The notes: a model not told the origin generated them from the sequence alone. Counted from the stretch's first letter, positions 12,255 through 27,269 are shown. The stretch is DNA of 64,000 nt from Octopus sinensis (GCF_006345805.1 NC_043000.1:117428001-117492000); one strand, 5' to 3'. Numbers and translations are program-made.

Positions 12255-12660
12255 AGGCGGCGAGCTGGCAGAAACGTTAGCACGCCGGGCGAAATACTTA
12301 GCGGTATTTCGTCTGCTGTTACGTTCTGAGTTCAAATTCCGCCGAGGTTGACTTTGCCTTTCATCCTTTCGGGGTCGATAAATTAAGTACCAGTTACACA
12401 CTGGGGTCGATATAATCGACTAAATTCGTTTGTCTGTCCTTGTTTGTGCTCTCTGGGTTTAGCCCCTTGTGGATAGTAAAGAAATAGGTATTTTGCCGTT
12501 TCGCCCGTCGCTACGTTCTGAGTTCAAATTCCGCTGAGGTCGATTTTGCCTTTCATCCTTCCGGGGTCGATAAAATAAGTACCAGTTGAACACTGAGGTC
12601 AGTGTCATCGACTCATCCCCACCTTCCCCAAGCTGCCCTTGTGGCAAAATTTGAAATAAT
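12255..12660 (+). mobile_element. SINE A dimer
   Basis: Head aaggcggcgagctggcagaaacgttagc, Tx1-type tail, ggtatttt at 12487, second body. Confidence 0.88.
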
Positions 12661-13169
12661 TATTATAACCAGTAGTAGAAGAAAAGTCAAATTCGAAGCG
12701 AACTGAATTTGTGATCGAATCCGCTTCTAATTGAGGTCATTTCAACTCAATTCTGCTATTTCAGGAAAGACATGAATGCCGTAAATTCCCACTTTTACCA
12801 TATACCATATTAAGCCTTTATTTGACATCAAATGAAACCAGAAACAGACCAGCTTTGGGGAAAATTAAGAACGTAAGTATCTAGATCTTTTGGACACTTA
12901 TATATACAGATAAATCAGAAAAAAAAATTATCTGAAGAATTCTGACCCTGGCCCTAACCTTAACTGTAATCATAACCGTAACCCCAGATAGATGTTTATA
13001 TTTGATCTATTTGTTGCGGTTTAGGATACATTTGGCCAACAAAAGGGGAAAGCGAGAATTTCCCATCACTGAAAATTGCATGTACTTGGCGTCAACCTTG
13101 ATGTGGCGGTGACATTTAAGTAAATTTCTCCACTTATTTCGTCGTGTGCATGTGTGTACTTATATGGCG

Positions 13170-13271
13170 TTATAGTACATACATACATACATACATACTA
13201 CATACATACATACATACATACATACATTACATACATACATACATATACATACATGTATATATGTGTATATA

Positions 13272-13313
<42 letters not shown>

Positions 13314-13453
13314 CATGTATAGATAGATAGATATGTATGTATGAATGATGTATGTGTGTATGTATGTATATTATATATATATATGTATGGATGTATGTAT
13401 ATATATATACATATGTATGCATGTATGTATGTATATATATATATGTATGTATG

Positions 13454-13522
<69 letters not shown>
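13170..13522. repeat. Compound (TACA)n/(TA)n/(TATG)n microsatellite
   Basis: Direct inspection. Confidence 0.95.
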
Positions 13523-13525
<3 letters not shown>

Positions 13526-13951
13526 TGTATTTCTTTGTACTTATACGCACAGTGAAGTGAGGTTGCCGTGTCAAGACATTTGAGACCACAATTACCGCAG
13601 CTATGTTAACTAGACGACGAGAGATAGCTTTTGTCTTTTATACGAAAATGAAATTTAAAAAAAAATACTTTCCTGTGTCCCCTAGTGCTTCTTTGTAAAA
13701 ATTCTTCACATGGGACTTTTCCAACTTTGTATTCTGGGGGGTTATAAAACAAATTAAACTAGCAATTTCTGCTAAAGAAAAACGGGAGGAAAAATAATAA
13801 AACTGAATTACTGAACAAAATGCCCAAATTAACGTATAACTTCTCAATCTTTACTTATAATCACACACACAAACCTACATGTCATCATATTAAGGCCAGT
13901 GAAATATCCTATTAGTCTCTCTCTCTCTCTCTCTCCCCCTTTCTCTCTCTC

Positions 13952-13983
<32 letters not shown>

Positions 13984-14281
13984 GATTTTTTTGCGTAATG
14001 AGATAAAAAAAAACCACACCGTCTCCGATGAAGAGATACTATTATTAATTAATATTCTTGAAACAGCTGTAAGACCTTCTATCTATAAATGCTCTAATAT
14101 CTATACAGCCTTGGTTTTTATCTCATTACGCAAAAAATTCATATATACACACGCTGACAGAACCAACGTTGAACCCTTTATTCGCAATATTACCGAATCT
14201 GGAACTTAACTATGGTCTGTCTATAGCACTTATTCAGCATTACTTGGCACCTTTGGGTCTCAATCACATCATTACCTCAAC

Positions 14282-14337
<56 letters not shown>

Positions 14338-15346
14338 ATATAATATATATATATATGCATATGTGTGTGTGTGTAGCTGTCTATCTATCACTATCATGCA
14401 CACATTAGCACATACAGCCTTACGTATTCACACATATAAGCATCATCTTATGCATGTATGGATGCTCATACACCTGGCAGTCTTCTGTATCTGGAAAGAG
14501 AAAAAGGTCTTGTAAATGCTGATTTGCGGAAAAGACCTTTCGCTCTCTTCTATATGTAAGAAAAGCAATCATATTTGTTTCAGATTTTGGCACAAGGCCA
14601 GCAAGTTTGGGGAGGTTTAAGGAGCTTACATCGACCCCAGTGCTCAACTGGTACTTATTTCATCGACTCCCAAAAGGATGAAAGACAAAGTCGACCTCGG
14701 CGGAATTTGAACTCAGTACATAAAGACTGCCGAAATGCCGCAAAGGATTAATGCCCGGCGTGCTAACGATTTTGCCAGCTCGCCGACTGAATAATAAATA
14801 ATAAATGCGCCCTTTTTAAAGCCTAGCCTGGCTCATGGGCCCGGTTTCCTGGTTTCCATAGCGTATGTGTTCCCCAGCTGGATGGGACGCCAGTCCATCG
14901 CAGCGTTACTCATTTTTGCCAGCTGAGCGGACTGGAGCAACGTGAAAGGAAGTGTTTTGCTCAAGAACACAACGCGTCGCTCGGTCCAGGAATCGAAACC
15001 ACAATCTTACGACCATGATGCTGACACCCTAACCACTAAGCCACGCGCCTCCACAATCATACTGGATATTGATTTCAAATTTTTGCACAAGGCCAGCAAT
15101 TTTGGGAGGGAGCATAAGTCGATTAAATCGAACCCAGTGCTCAACTGGTATTTATTTTTATTAACCTCTAAAAGGATGAAAGGCAAAACTGACCTCGTTG
15201 AAATTTGAACTCTGAACGTAAAAACGGGCGAAATGCCGCTAAGCATTTTTTCCCGACGTGCAAACGATTCTGCCAGATCACCGCCTTCTCATCATATTGA
15301 ATATAATATTATTTATAATATTTATCATATCTATTACTGAATTATC

Positions 15347-16021
15347 TGGATCTTTTCTGTTTGGTTACACTCTTTGAAATTCTAGAATTCAGTGAAAACT
15401 TTCAAATTTGGTGTATTGATGAATTTTTTCCGCTGAATCTCAGGGCCTAATTCTTTTGTTACAGAAAATCTTTTAAATAAGTTTTAGACGTTTAAAGTTT
15501 GATCATTTTTACCCATTTAGAAAACAGGATTTGGAAGCTGTCATTTTATGCGTGACTGCAGTCGTCAGACGATAAAACAATGTCGACATTGCAACGATAG
15601 CACGTGTTTTAAGACTTTGATAAACAAATAATTAACCAAGAGTGTGTAAACAACACATATTTTGTAGCTTTAAGCATTCAAGAGGTAGTGGTCGAAAATG
15701 CAACGTATAATATCATTATAAAAAAAACAGCAACAGATGGGTGCAGGCAGGAAAACAGCGTAAAATATCAGTTTGTAAACGCACGTGGATTTTCGTAAAC
15801 AAGAGTTCCAACGCTTAGCTTGTTATTATAAAAACAGAAAATTATATGCCTGTGGCTTTCGATTGGCTAAATCACACAAAATTTGGAAGCTTTAAAAGCT
15901 ATTAAGCGTATATTTATTAATATATAGCCAAAATCAATTTTCCGTCAATAGTTAACATACAAACTATGCCAATACACCAAACTTGAAGAAATTGAAAAAA
16001 TGGCAGTCAAGCAGAAAAGAT
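15347..16021. mobile_element. Old DNA-transposon remnant with GGATCTTTTC-type termini
   Basis: tggatcttttctgttt ... aagcagaaaagat termini resemble the TIR at 48088/48532; internal inverted pair aaatttggtgtattg / caatacaccaaactt. Confidence 0.4.
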
Positions 16022-16156
16022 TTAATTATTTACTTTTCTTTGATTTTAGTGACCGACTTCAGTTGCTATAAATCCAGTTACAGACCCATTCTGCAAACAG
16101 TCTTGTAAAACTAGTATTGCTTCGTAACTTACGCTAGTAATATACTTAAGTATATA

Positions 16157-16390
16157 CGTTTCTTTACTGCCCACAAGGGGCTAAACACAGAGGGGACAAA
16201 CAAGAACAGACAAACGGATTAAGTGGATTATATCGAACCCAGTGCGTAACTGGTACTTAATTTATCGACCCCGAAAGGATGAAAGGCAAAGTCGACCTCG
16301 GCGGAATTTGAACTCAGAACGTAACGACAGACGAAATACCGCTAAACATTTCGTCCGGCGTGCTAACGTTTCTGCCAGCTCGCCGCCTTA
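16157..16390 (-). mobile_element. Full-length SINE A (Tx1-type tail) with TSD
   Basis: cttaagtatata at 16145-16156 and 16387-16398. Confidence 0.9.
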
Positions 16391-16767
16391 AGTATATAAC
16401 AAACGGTACACAACTCAAGTTATTGAGTTAACTTCTTTCGGATTTTACATAAGCTGAGGTATTTAAAGTATTTTCGATCCGAGTGGCTTTTATAATGCAA
16501 CTGGAAAGTTTCTCTTATTTACAAACGCATTAATCGAGTAAGTATGCCAAAAACTCTTTTTACTTTTTAAACCTCGTTAACAACTCTAGAGCTTTATCTC
16601 TACCGAGAAATTCTTTTAGGGAGAGCTAGATATTGTGAATTAATTGATAAGATATAAATGTAACCTGTATTAGGTATTGTAAGTATCAATTTGAAAATTA
16701 AAATAGCGATAGAAATATCCACGACTGTCTTCTTATCGCCAGAAAGTAAACTTGTCCCTTTGCTTAA

Positions 16768-17303
16768 TCCATTAAGTTCCACTGTCCTATAAATAGGACA
16801 CTAAAAATGAACATTAAATAAGGTATATCACATTGTCTCAGTGTCCAATTTATAGGACACCGAGGATTTCCCTTTTTACTTGAAGTAAAAAACGTTGCCC
16901 TTTTCAAGCCTAGCCAGGCTCATGGTCCCGGTTTCCCGGTTTCTATGGCGTATGTGTTCCCCCCAGCTGGACGGGACGCCAGTCCATCGCAACGTTACTC
17001 AAGAAAGAGAGAGTGAGAGAAAGTTGTAGCGAAAGAATACAACAGGGGTCACCACCACCCCATGCCAGAGCCTCGTGGAGCTTTTAGGTGTTTTCGCTCA
17101 ATAATCACACACAACGCCCGGTCTGGAAATCGAAACTGTGATCCTCCGACCGCGAGTCCACTGTCCTAACCACTGGGCCATTGCGCCTCCTCTTGAAGTA
17201 AAGGAGTTTTAATAATTTTTTTTTTCATTTTAACCTATTTTCAATCATCTGTCAAAATTTAAAAGTAACATTCAGAAATTTAAGTACTCTGGGACTTAAT
17301 GGG
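16768..17303. mobile_element. piggyBac-like MITE interrupted by a SINE
   Basis: TTAA|tccattaagttcc ... gggacttaatggg|TTAA. Confidence 0.6.
16890..17191 (-). mobile_element. Full-length SINE C with 11-bp TSD
   Basis: TSD cttgaagtaaa at 16879-16889 and 17192-17202; V-domain-like gatggactggcgtcccgtccag in the body. Confidence 0.92.
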
Positions 17304-18015
17304 TTAAAGACAAGTCAGTTTTGGAGAATGCTTGATTCTGGAGATTTTCTTCCTTTCCCAAGTGAAGCTGGTCTTAATTGCCATTCTGTAATTACGACAC
17401 AGCCACTGGAGGTTGAGATAATTTTAATAAATCAAGAACATACGTTGTATGTTATTTGATATATCTGCATTTGTCTGTCGTTCCAGTGCATGCCATTGGC
17501 CACTTTTAGTTCATTTCTGTTTCAATTACACAAATTACCTTGACTATAAATGTATTCGACTCTTTTTAAATGTGTAAATTTCTTAGCTCCCGGTGATGAG
17601 TTATAACGAGTGCCGTGCTAATGACGGTTATTGCATCAGACACACGTGTCCATAACTGCCCTCTTTTCTATAGACACTAAGCCTCCCCTTTTCCTCTGCA
17701 CCATGCCAGATTTGGAGAATTCTTAAGTCTTGAGATTTTCTCCCTTAGAGCTGATCTTAATCCCCATTTGGTAATTTTGATACAGCCTCTAATTTTAAGA
17801 AAATAAGTCAAGAATTTATGTTATATGGTATTTTATATATATCTAATTGTCTATGTCGCTGTACAGTGCACACGTACATACAAGCATGCATACATACATA
17901 CACACACACGCATACATACATACATACATGCATATGTATGTATGTATATGTGTATGCATGTATAAAGACAAATATGAAAATGAATACAAATATATGGTAT
18001 AGACAAAAATGAGTG

Positions 18016-18089
<74 letters not shown>

Positions 18090-18254
18090 CGTGTGTGCGT
18101 GCGTGCGTTTGTGCACAAACGAATAGAAATACAACCATTTAAGAGCAACATACACACATACATACACACGTGCACGTATAAACACACGTAACTGATTATG
18201 TCACCACCTAGGCTGTTCCAGAGCCCGCTACTGCTCAATTCACATTCAACACCT

Positions 18255-18510
18255 CGTACTGAAACCTGATGGGTGACCCCCTTCGGTCAGACACTGACCA
18301 TGAGTTTGCACCTAGAGAGTTACCCTCTGAGGCACAAGTCTGGGCAAGGTTGTTTTATGGAAGACCAGCAGTCGCCCATGCATACCGGCCTCCCCTCTTC
18401 ACGTCACCGATGTTGTCCAAGGGAAAGGCAAGGGCCGATACAGCTTGGCACCTGTGACGTCGCAACTCATTTCTACAGCTGAGTGAACTGGAGCAACGTG
18501 AATGAAACCT
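18255..18510 (-). mobile_element. SINE family E (shares the gttgctccag..cactcagctg domain, distinct tail)
   Basis: Reverse of cacgttgctccagttcactcagctgtagaaatgagttgcgacgtcacagg... Confidence 0.6.
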
Positions 18511-18749
18511 GGTGCATCCCAAAGTGACTAAGAGTTTTTTGGGGGTTTTTTTATGATCAGCCATTTAGTGAAGACCTCTAGATGGGGGGAATTATTAATC
18601 AAGCAACCACAGACCGTCAACATGATGCTTTTTACTAAGAATCTATCTTTACGAGATGCCTAATTCTGGTCCCGGTTTCAAGTTTAAACAAATATGTTAA
18701 CTTTTTTTTTAGATTTTAAAGAAAAATTCATTGCAATATTCTTTTCTAC

Positions 18750-19138
18750 TCTAAGCACAAGGACCGAAATTTTTGAGGAGGGGGCCAGTCGATTAGATCG
18801 ACCCAAGTACGCAATTGGTACTTTATTTATCGACTCCGAAAGGATGAAAGGCAAAGTCGATCTCGGCAGAATTTGAACTCAGAACATAAAGACAGACGAA
18901 ATACCTATTTCTTTACTACCCACAAGGGGCTAAACACAGAGGGGACGAACAAGGACAGACAAACGGATTAAGTCGATTACATCGACCTCAGTGCGTAACT
19001 GGTACTTATTTAATCGACCCCGAAAGGATGAAAGGCAAAGTCGACCTCGGCGGAATTTGAACTCACAACGTAGCGACAGACGAAATACCGCAAAGCATTT
19101 CGCCCGGCATGCTAACGTTTCTGCCAGCTCGCCGCCTT
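18750..19138 (-). mobile_element. SINE A dimer
   Basis: Junction gacgaaatacctatttctttactaccc at 18895-18921. Confidence 0.88.
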
Positions 19139-20213
19139 ATTTCCTTGCAATATTACGTAATAAAAAGCTCAATTATAAACATTTACTTAAAATCAAATGC
19201 CTGTATATTTGTAATTGTCACTCTGATAAGAAGATTATGAAATAAATTAAAACTTTAAAAAGCCTGATTTGATATGCCGGGCTACAAAGTTTTCGCCTTC
19301 ACTACCGTAAGATAAAATATCATGCGTTATTTGTTCTGACATTCTCGGCTACAAGTTCAAAACACACCGAGGTCAATCAACATCAGAGTTGAATACAATA
19401 CTAAGAATTCCAGAGTAATAGATTAGGGGAATCAGTAGAGCATCTGAAATAAATACGTGTGGTTTTTATTCCAGTTCTTTGTGTTCAGAAGTATCGGGTA
19501 GTCTTCCAGTTTAACACCACCACATGTTCGCTGAATGCCTATAGCAGAGTTCACCCTATTGCAAGTATTCAGGTTAAGTCTTTGGTTTAAGAAAAACCTT
19601 TCTTCCTTCTTTCCACCAGTTTTAGAAGGCCTTGAAAAATGAATTAAGTGTGGTGCATTACATTAAGTAAATGCGAGAAAAAAACTGAAACGTTGACGAT
19701 ATAAGAACCCTGTAAATTTTGAAATACACAAGTGAATTAGTGTTCTTCTTTCTTGCACTACTGTGATGGCTTCAGGTAAACCTGCACTTGTGTTGGTTAC
19801 GAAGTGTTGCCAAACAAGTGTTCTTTTAGTTAGCTGGCTCATAGCTAGAGTTGGTCTACTTTCGCAGCTTTAGCAAAAGACGAAGCTATAAGATTACTTT
19901 TGTCACAAACACTAAAAATTTCAGGGTTGTTCTCTTTTAGTAAAACGTCAATCGTTGACTAACGTGTTGCTGAAATTGCTCATATTTGTTGCTATGACAT
20001 TATCATTTTTTTTTCTGTTCAAGTGCATGAGTTTGCTGCAAGTCTTTCCGCCCCGCCCTCCCGCTGGAAAACAAAATTCATGTCGAAAGATTAATAACAG
20101 TGGATGTACTTTTAATATGACATTTATTAGGTGAGGTTTTACTGTTCCTCTTGCAGAGGAAACCATTCTTTTACTTGTTCCAATCATTTGACTGCGGCCA
20201 TACTGGAGCACTG

Positions 20214-20410
20214 CCTTTAGGTTTCGAGCCTACGCTCTTCGACAGAAAGGAACACAGAAATAAACAAAGAGAAGGGAAAGAAAGGGAGAAGAGAAGACAA
20301 ACGGGAAAATGAGAGGGAGGAAGAGAGAGAGGCATGGTAACAAGTGCGGATTGGGAGAAATGACAATAGGAAAAAAACAGAAAATTCAAAAAAGTTTAGA
20401 AAAGTTCTCA
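20214..20410 (-). mobile_element. Penelope-like-repeat fragment with a minimal hammerhead-like motif
   Basis: Minus strand cttt-ctgtcgaa-gagc gtag gctc-gaaac; homologous to 40432-40632 and 46822-47022. Confidence 0.45.
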
Positions 20411-20714
20411 CACACACATGCGTGTGTTTATGTTTGACCCCCACCACCGCATGTCGACCGGTGATGGTTTGTTACGTTCCCGTAACTTATCGGTTTGGCA
20501 AGAAGAGACCAATAGAATAAGTACCAGGCTTAAAAAACGAAATTAAGTCTTGGGGTCGATTTGTTCGACTACAAATACTTCAAGTCGGTGCTCCAGCGTG
20601 GTCGCAGCGTGGACCGAAACAAGTTAAAAAATAGAACAATATTGTGTAATCTCATTCAGTATTATTATAAATTGCTGTTTTGTTGTTGATGGTGGTTTGT
20701 TTGTTTGTTTATTT

Positions 20715-21098
20715 GTTTGTTGAGCGAAGCGGTCTTCGTCCCAGAGCTCGCAAGATCGCGCCTCGGGAGAAATCCGAAACGTGGTCCTTTGCTATTCGTA
20801 AGACCTGCACAAGAGAAATCAGGTCAACCCCCGACACCGAGAGCATCGACGGATGGATGAATGCGCATCCAGGCTCAACGCTTGCGTAGGAAGTTGGGGA
20901 CAAGAAACAGAAAGAAAGAGTGAGAGAAAGTTGGAGCGAAAGAGTACAACAGGGGTCGCCACCACCCCCTGCCGGAGCCTCGTGCAGCTTTAGGTGTTTT
21001 CGCTCAATAAACAAACACAATGCCCGGTCTGGGAATCGAAACCGCGATCCTCCGACCGCGAATCTGCTGCCCTAGCCACTGGGCCATTGCGCCTCCAC
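20715..21098 (-). mobile_element. SINE C variant with an alternative (C2) tail
   Basis: Same head and body as SINE C, then ccccaacttcctacgc...gagctctgggacgaag; second copy at 34560. Confidence 0.85.
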
Positions 21099-22171
21099 GT
21101 TGTTGTTGTTGGTGGTGGTGTTGCTGTTGTTTGTTTGTTTTTAACAGAAAGTAATCAATGCCTAACCTCATTTTAATACTAGCATACCATATGGCCACCC
21201 CTCTTTATCCTTGATACACCTCTGCAAGTTTCTCGATGTCCTCAAATCTTCGCTGTTCTTTGACACTACTTCCACCACCACTACCATCTTCCCTTGCTCA
21301 ACCACATCTATGTTGACACAACATTTTCTTCGACAGAACTACCTCTTTTCCAAACATACCTACCTACCTCTTTCTTAAGCCTACCCACCCCTTCCTCATC
21401 ACTACCAACCCTACATTCTCTGGTAGTCACCACTTTTTAGAACACAACCACTCCTTTTTCACCACGTTGAATATAGCTACCCACATTTTTCATTTGCACC
21501 GTCAAACTTTCTGGTTTATATTTTTCAAAATTTTCCCTTCTTTCTATTTTTCTTTTCTCACCTCATATACTTTCTCTCTCCCCCCTCCCCTTCTCTCTCT
21601 CTCCATTAATTTACTCAGTGAAAACATGCCTATATATTTGTACACATAAACATTTATATATATATATATATTGCTAGTGTGCATACGAATATTTATATAA
21701 CAGCAGGCATTGCTGTCTGATCAACCAGTTCGCTTCGCAGCAAAGCGGTTTTGAGTTCAGTTCGAAAGCACAGCACCCTAGGCAAATATCCTCTGCTACA
21801 GCGTCACCATTACAAAGCATCGCCCTTAATACAGTGTCATTGAATTGCACCAGATTAACCAACAAATGCATTACTTCACATTCTGAGTTCAAATCTAGTT
21901 AGGGTCGCTTTATTTCCCATTTACCCTCTCGTTTTGAAAACCCAAGTACCAATAAAATACTGCGGATTCATCGTTTTCATCCTTATATTTTTGTGCTAAA
22001 ATAAGAATTATATCATTAGCCAATGGACTTTTTATATCTCACTCGTATTATATAAGAATTATTCTATAGTTTCTGTTACTAGGTTGCGGCCATGTAGGAT
22101 CATTACCACGCAAGGTTTTGGTCGATTACATCCACCTGGGAAGTTATCTTTTGGTCTGGTATTTAACTTAT

Positions 22172-22592
22172 TTATTTCTTTATTGCCCACAGGGGGCTAA
22201 AGATAGAGGGGACAAATAGGGACAGACAAAGGGATTAAGTTGATGAGATCGACCACTGTACGTAACTGGTACTTATTTAATTGATCCCGAAAGGATGAAA
22301 GGCAAAGTCGACCCCGGCGGAATTTGAACTCAGAACGTAGCGACAGACGAAATGCCTATTTTTTTACTACCCACAAGGGGCTAAACACAGAAGGGACAAA
22401 CAAAGACAGACAAACGGATTAAGACGATTATATCAACCCCAGTGCGTGACTGATACTTATTTAATCGACCCCGAAAGGATGAAAGGCAAAGTCGACCTCG
22501 GCGGAATTCGAACTCAGGACGTAACGGCAGACGAAATACCGCTAAGCATTTCGCCCGACCTGCTAACGTTTCTGCCAGTTCACAGCCCTTGG
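22172..22592 (-). mobile_element. SINE A dimer with TSD
   Basis: tggtatttaacttatt flanks both sides; internal junction at 22355. Confidence 0.85.
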
Positions 22593-23247
22593 TATTTAAC
22601 TTATTGATTTCTATTTATTGAACATCTAAATACACGATACATGCGCGCGCGCGCATTTAGGAATGCATTCGTACTCCTTCACCCGGTTAGGTTTTCCTAC
22701 ACTCACGCACTCTCAATGCAATTACTGTTCCCGCTGTCATGCGCACGACTGAACGCTCCAATTTATATCTTAGAATTGGGTTTCTTACAAGTACGACCTG
22801 GCTTCTCTGTCACACCACTCAGCTACTGAATTACTTAGATTACTTAGATAAGTTTCGGCCGAAGTTGGCCCAGACCATGACTAATTAAATAGCTCCACCA
22901 GGAAGAGATACACTGTCAGCTCTTAGGCACTACAGCCCATTCGAGTAGAGAGTTATTGTTTTCAGACACATATCCGGGTGCGTGTGGCTTTTCTGGTATT
23001 TGTTGGAGGCAAATCATCTGGGGATTATTTGAATGCTGTGAAATCACTTTCCCCGTTTAAGTGGGCTGACATGATGTTAAAGACAGCAGGGCCAATTGAG
23101 GTGAAATAGTTCTGTCGTAGTGTTGTGATACGACACAAATATCATTTCTGTAGTGGACGGATGGCAAGGAGATCAAGCCTCGGATGAATTTTAAAGATGA
23201 TACCTATGTCATTTGGGCAATGTTCATGGAATATTTTCCACATCATT

Positions 23248-23639
23248 AGGCGCAGGATTGCCTGTGTGGTAAGTAGCTTGCTTACGAACCACATGGTTCT
23301 GGGTTCAGTCCCACTGCGTGGCACCTTGAGCATGTGTCTTCTACTATAGACGCGGGCCGACCAAATCCCTGTGAGTGGATTTGGTAGACGGAAACTGAAA
23401 GAAGTCCGTCGTATGTATGTGTGTGTATATGTTTATGTGTCTGTGTTTTTCCCCCCCAGCATCGCTTGACAACCGATGCTGATGTGTTTATGTCCCCGTA
23501 ACTTAGCGGTTCGGCAAAAGAGATCGATAGAATAGGTACTAGGCTTACAATGAATAAGTCCTGGGGTCGATTTGCTCGACTAAAGGCGGCGATCCAGCAT
23601 GGCCGCAGTCAAATGACTGAAACAAGTAAAAGAGTAAGA
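23248..23639 (+). mobile_element. Full-length SINE B
   Basis: tRNA-like head gtggtaagtagcttgctt...gggttcagtccc, internal (TG) tract, gactgaaacaagtaaaagag tail. Confidence 0.9.
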
Positions 23640-23849
23640 GTATCATACAGATGATATAGCACTCACGGTGACGTTGGAGGGAATAAACCTGAGCTTTTTT
23701 GAGTCGATCCCAATAGTCAAGGCCTGTCATGTCATCTATTTTTTTTTTTGCGTATGATTGATCACTGGGACGCTTCAATTTTCACTAGTATTTTATTTTT
23801 AATTGTTTCGGTTATTAGATTGCGGCCATGCTGAGCCACGTGGATGCTC

Positions 23850-24150
23850 TATGGCCCAGTGGTTAGGGCAACGGACTCGTGGCCGGAGGATCGCGGTTTC
23901 GATTCCCAGACCGGGCGTTGTGTGTGTTTATTGAGCGAAAACACCTAAAGCTCCATGAGGCTCCAGCAGTGGTCAGTGGCGACCCCTGTTGTACTCTTTC
24001 GCCCCAACTTTCTTTCACTCTCTCTTCCTGGGTAACGCTGCAATGGACTGACGTCCCGTCCAGCTAGGGGGGGGGGTGACATATACGCCACAGAAAGCGG
24101 GAAAACGGGCCCATGAGCCTGGCTAGGCTTGAAGAGGTGCATAAAAAAAT
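23850..24150 (+). mobile_element. SINE C
   Basis: Family consensus match with A-rich end. Confidence 0.88.
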
Positions 24151-24501
24151 ATAATATGCTGATCCACTGCTTTGAACAACTTTTAGTCGAATGTATGGTC
24201 GAAAGTATTTATCTTTTTAATTACAAGAAAATATTTCCCCTATTTTCGGTTTGCCTTTTTTAAGAGGCAAATTTGAATTTATCGACTATTTTATTTATTT
24301 TATTTAACTATTCATTTATTCGTTATGCTGTTCAGTTAATCAAGACCTACCTAAATTATCTAAATTATCTAAATTCGTCCCATTGATTCATTTTACATAT
24401 TTCTCTGATCTTACATTTTGTATCAACACACAAACACATACACAAATACACACATACGCGCATATACTTTTCTCCCTGTATTTATCTCTCTCTCTCTCTC
24501 T

Positions 24502-24609
<108 letters not shown>

Positions 24610-24761
24610 CAAGAGTGACTGTGTGGTAAGAAGCTTGCTTCCCAACCACATGGTTCTGGGTTCAGTCCCACTGCGTGGCACCTTGGGCAAGTATCTTCTA
24701 CTATAACCTCAGGCCGACCAAAGCCTTGTGAGTGGATTAGTAGGCGGAAACGGAAATCGTC

Positions 24762-24813
<52 letters not shown>

Positions 24814-25056
24814 AACTTAGCGGTTCGGCAGAAGAAACTGATAGAATAAGTACCAGGTTTACTAAGAAAAAGTCCAGGGGTCGATTTATTCGGTTGAAAG
24901 ATGCTGCTCCAGCATGGCCCCAGTCAAATGACTGAAACAAGTAAAAGAATATATATATATATATATATAAACTACGTATATATTTATATATATATATACA
25001 GAGAGAGAGAGAGAGAGGGGGGAAGAAATACACACACATATATATATATATATATG

Positions 25057-25106
<50 letters not shown>

Positions 25107-25923
25107 CTCGCGTATACATATAAAAAATGCACGCACGCACACACATAACACATATTAGTGAGGGAGAGGGAGAGAGAGATGGGGAGGGGTGAGAGAGGAA
25201 GCGAAAATGTGTCGACTATACATGTTTTAGCTATTACAGCCTTAGAACATTACGTCAGACAGAAAGTTATGCAGTAATGGCACTTGACTGTAAAAGAAGA
25301 GTTGAACTTTTAAGGGCGGTAGAGAACTGTGACAATCTCCGCGTCATGTATCTTTTGTGAGAAGTACAGTAATAATGGCGATTATGTATAACATTTTAGA
25401 ACCAAAAAAAAATATTCGTGTTCTTTCTTTCGTTCTGGAAAATCTTTTTCATTCACTATTAAACAGGAATTATACATTTGAAAAAGATTTAAAAGTGCGC
25501 ATGCACGAACTACGATGCAATAGAATGTATACTATAATTTTTTGGGGTTTTTTTTTTTTTTTTGCCCTTTTACATATTCCAGCCGTTTGGCTTCGCCTGT
25601 GCTGGGGCTCCGCTTTGAATACCCTCGCATTTATTTTAAACCTGGTAATTATTATTCTATCATATTATTTTAAAAACAATGTTACAACTATGAGGTAAAC
25701 AAACCTACACCGTTTACTCTTTTACTTGTTTCAGTCATTTGACTTGCGGCTATGCTGGAGCACCGCCTTTAGTCGAGCAAATCGACCCTCAGAACTTATT
25801 CTTTGTAAGCCTAGTACTTATTCTATGGGTCTGTTTTGCTGAACCGTTAAGTTACGGGGACGTAAACACACCAGTATCGGTTGTCAAGCGATATTGGTGG
25901 GACAAACACAGACACAAACATAT

Positions 25924-25994
<71 letters not shown>

Positions 25995-26296
25995 AAAATT
26001 GAAGAATTGATTCGGAGAATCAGGGAGTGCTCATGGTATGCCTGCATGTATATATGTATTCATGTATGTATATAATGTGTATATGAAGTGTATATACGAA
26101 TCAGTGTTAATAGTATAACCGAAAGTAAACTACAAAACAGCTGTAACCATCCTGGACTAAATTTTATTTTATCCCTCACTTCACTTGGAGTTTTAGTGAT
26201 TATATCTTTGTAGGAATGTGTGTTTGTTTCTTTCTTTGTTTGCTTGTGTATGTGTGTGTGTTTGTCTGTGCTTCACTGCTTATCAAGCGTAAGTAG

Positions 26297-26726
26297 GAGC
26301 AAGAGTGACTGTGTGGTAAGAAGCTTGCTTCCCAACCACATGGTTCTGGGTTCAGTCCCACTGCGTGGCACCTTGGACAAGTGTCTTCTACTATAACCTC
26401 GGGCCGACCAAAGCCTTGTGAGTGGATTTGGTAGACGGAAACTGAAAGAAGCCTGGCGTGTATATATATATATATATATATATATGAATCTCTGCGTGTG
26501 TATATGTGTGTGTATCTGTTCCCTCCAGTCACCCCTTGACAACCTGTGTGGGTGTGTTCACGTCTCCGTTAGCTAGCAGTTCAACAAAAACGACTGATAG
26601 AATAAGTACTAGGCTTTATTAAAAGAAACCCTAATATTAGGTTCGATTCATTCGACTGAAAACTTTTCAAGGCGGTGCTCCAGCACGGCCGCAGTCAAAC
26701 GACTGAACCAAGTAAAAGAATAAAAG
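26297..26726 (+). mobile_element. SINE B
   Basis: Family match with internal (TA)/(TG) tract. Confidence 0.85.
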
Positions 26727-27040
26727 AACGAAGGAATACACACACACACACCACACATACCTATGTTCACTAGTATTGTCATAGAAAAGGAAGGTTTTTT
26801 TACAACTGTACATGGAAGGCATTAGAAATTTCCTGCAGTGTAAGATCAGTAATCGTATCATTTCACGGGGTTACTGTCATTATCAAGTAAGATCACATGC
26901 ATTAAAACAGCTGAGAACCTGAGCTACGTTTATCGTTGTTGAGCTCAAAGTGAACTCTGATCGGACTGATAACTTTATGAATAGGCTTAAGATTTCAAAC
27001 TGGAGGCCTTCGTTGGGTTTAGAAAGGAAATGTATGCATA

Positions 27041-27220
27041 GGCGTAGGAGTGGCTATGTGGTAAGAAGTTTGCTTCCCGACCACATGGTTTCGTGTTCAA
27101 ACCCACTACGTGGCACCTTGGGCAAGTGTTTTCTGCTGTAGCCCCAGGCCGACCAAATCCTTGTGAGTGAATTTGGTAAACAGAAACTGAGAGAAGCCCG
27201 TTATATATATATATGTGTGT

Positions 27221-27269
<49 letters not shown>

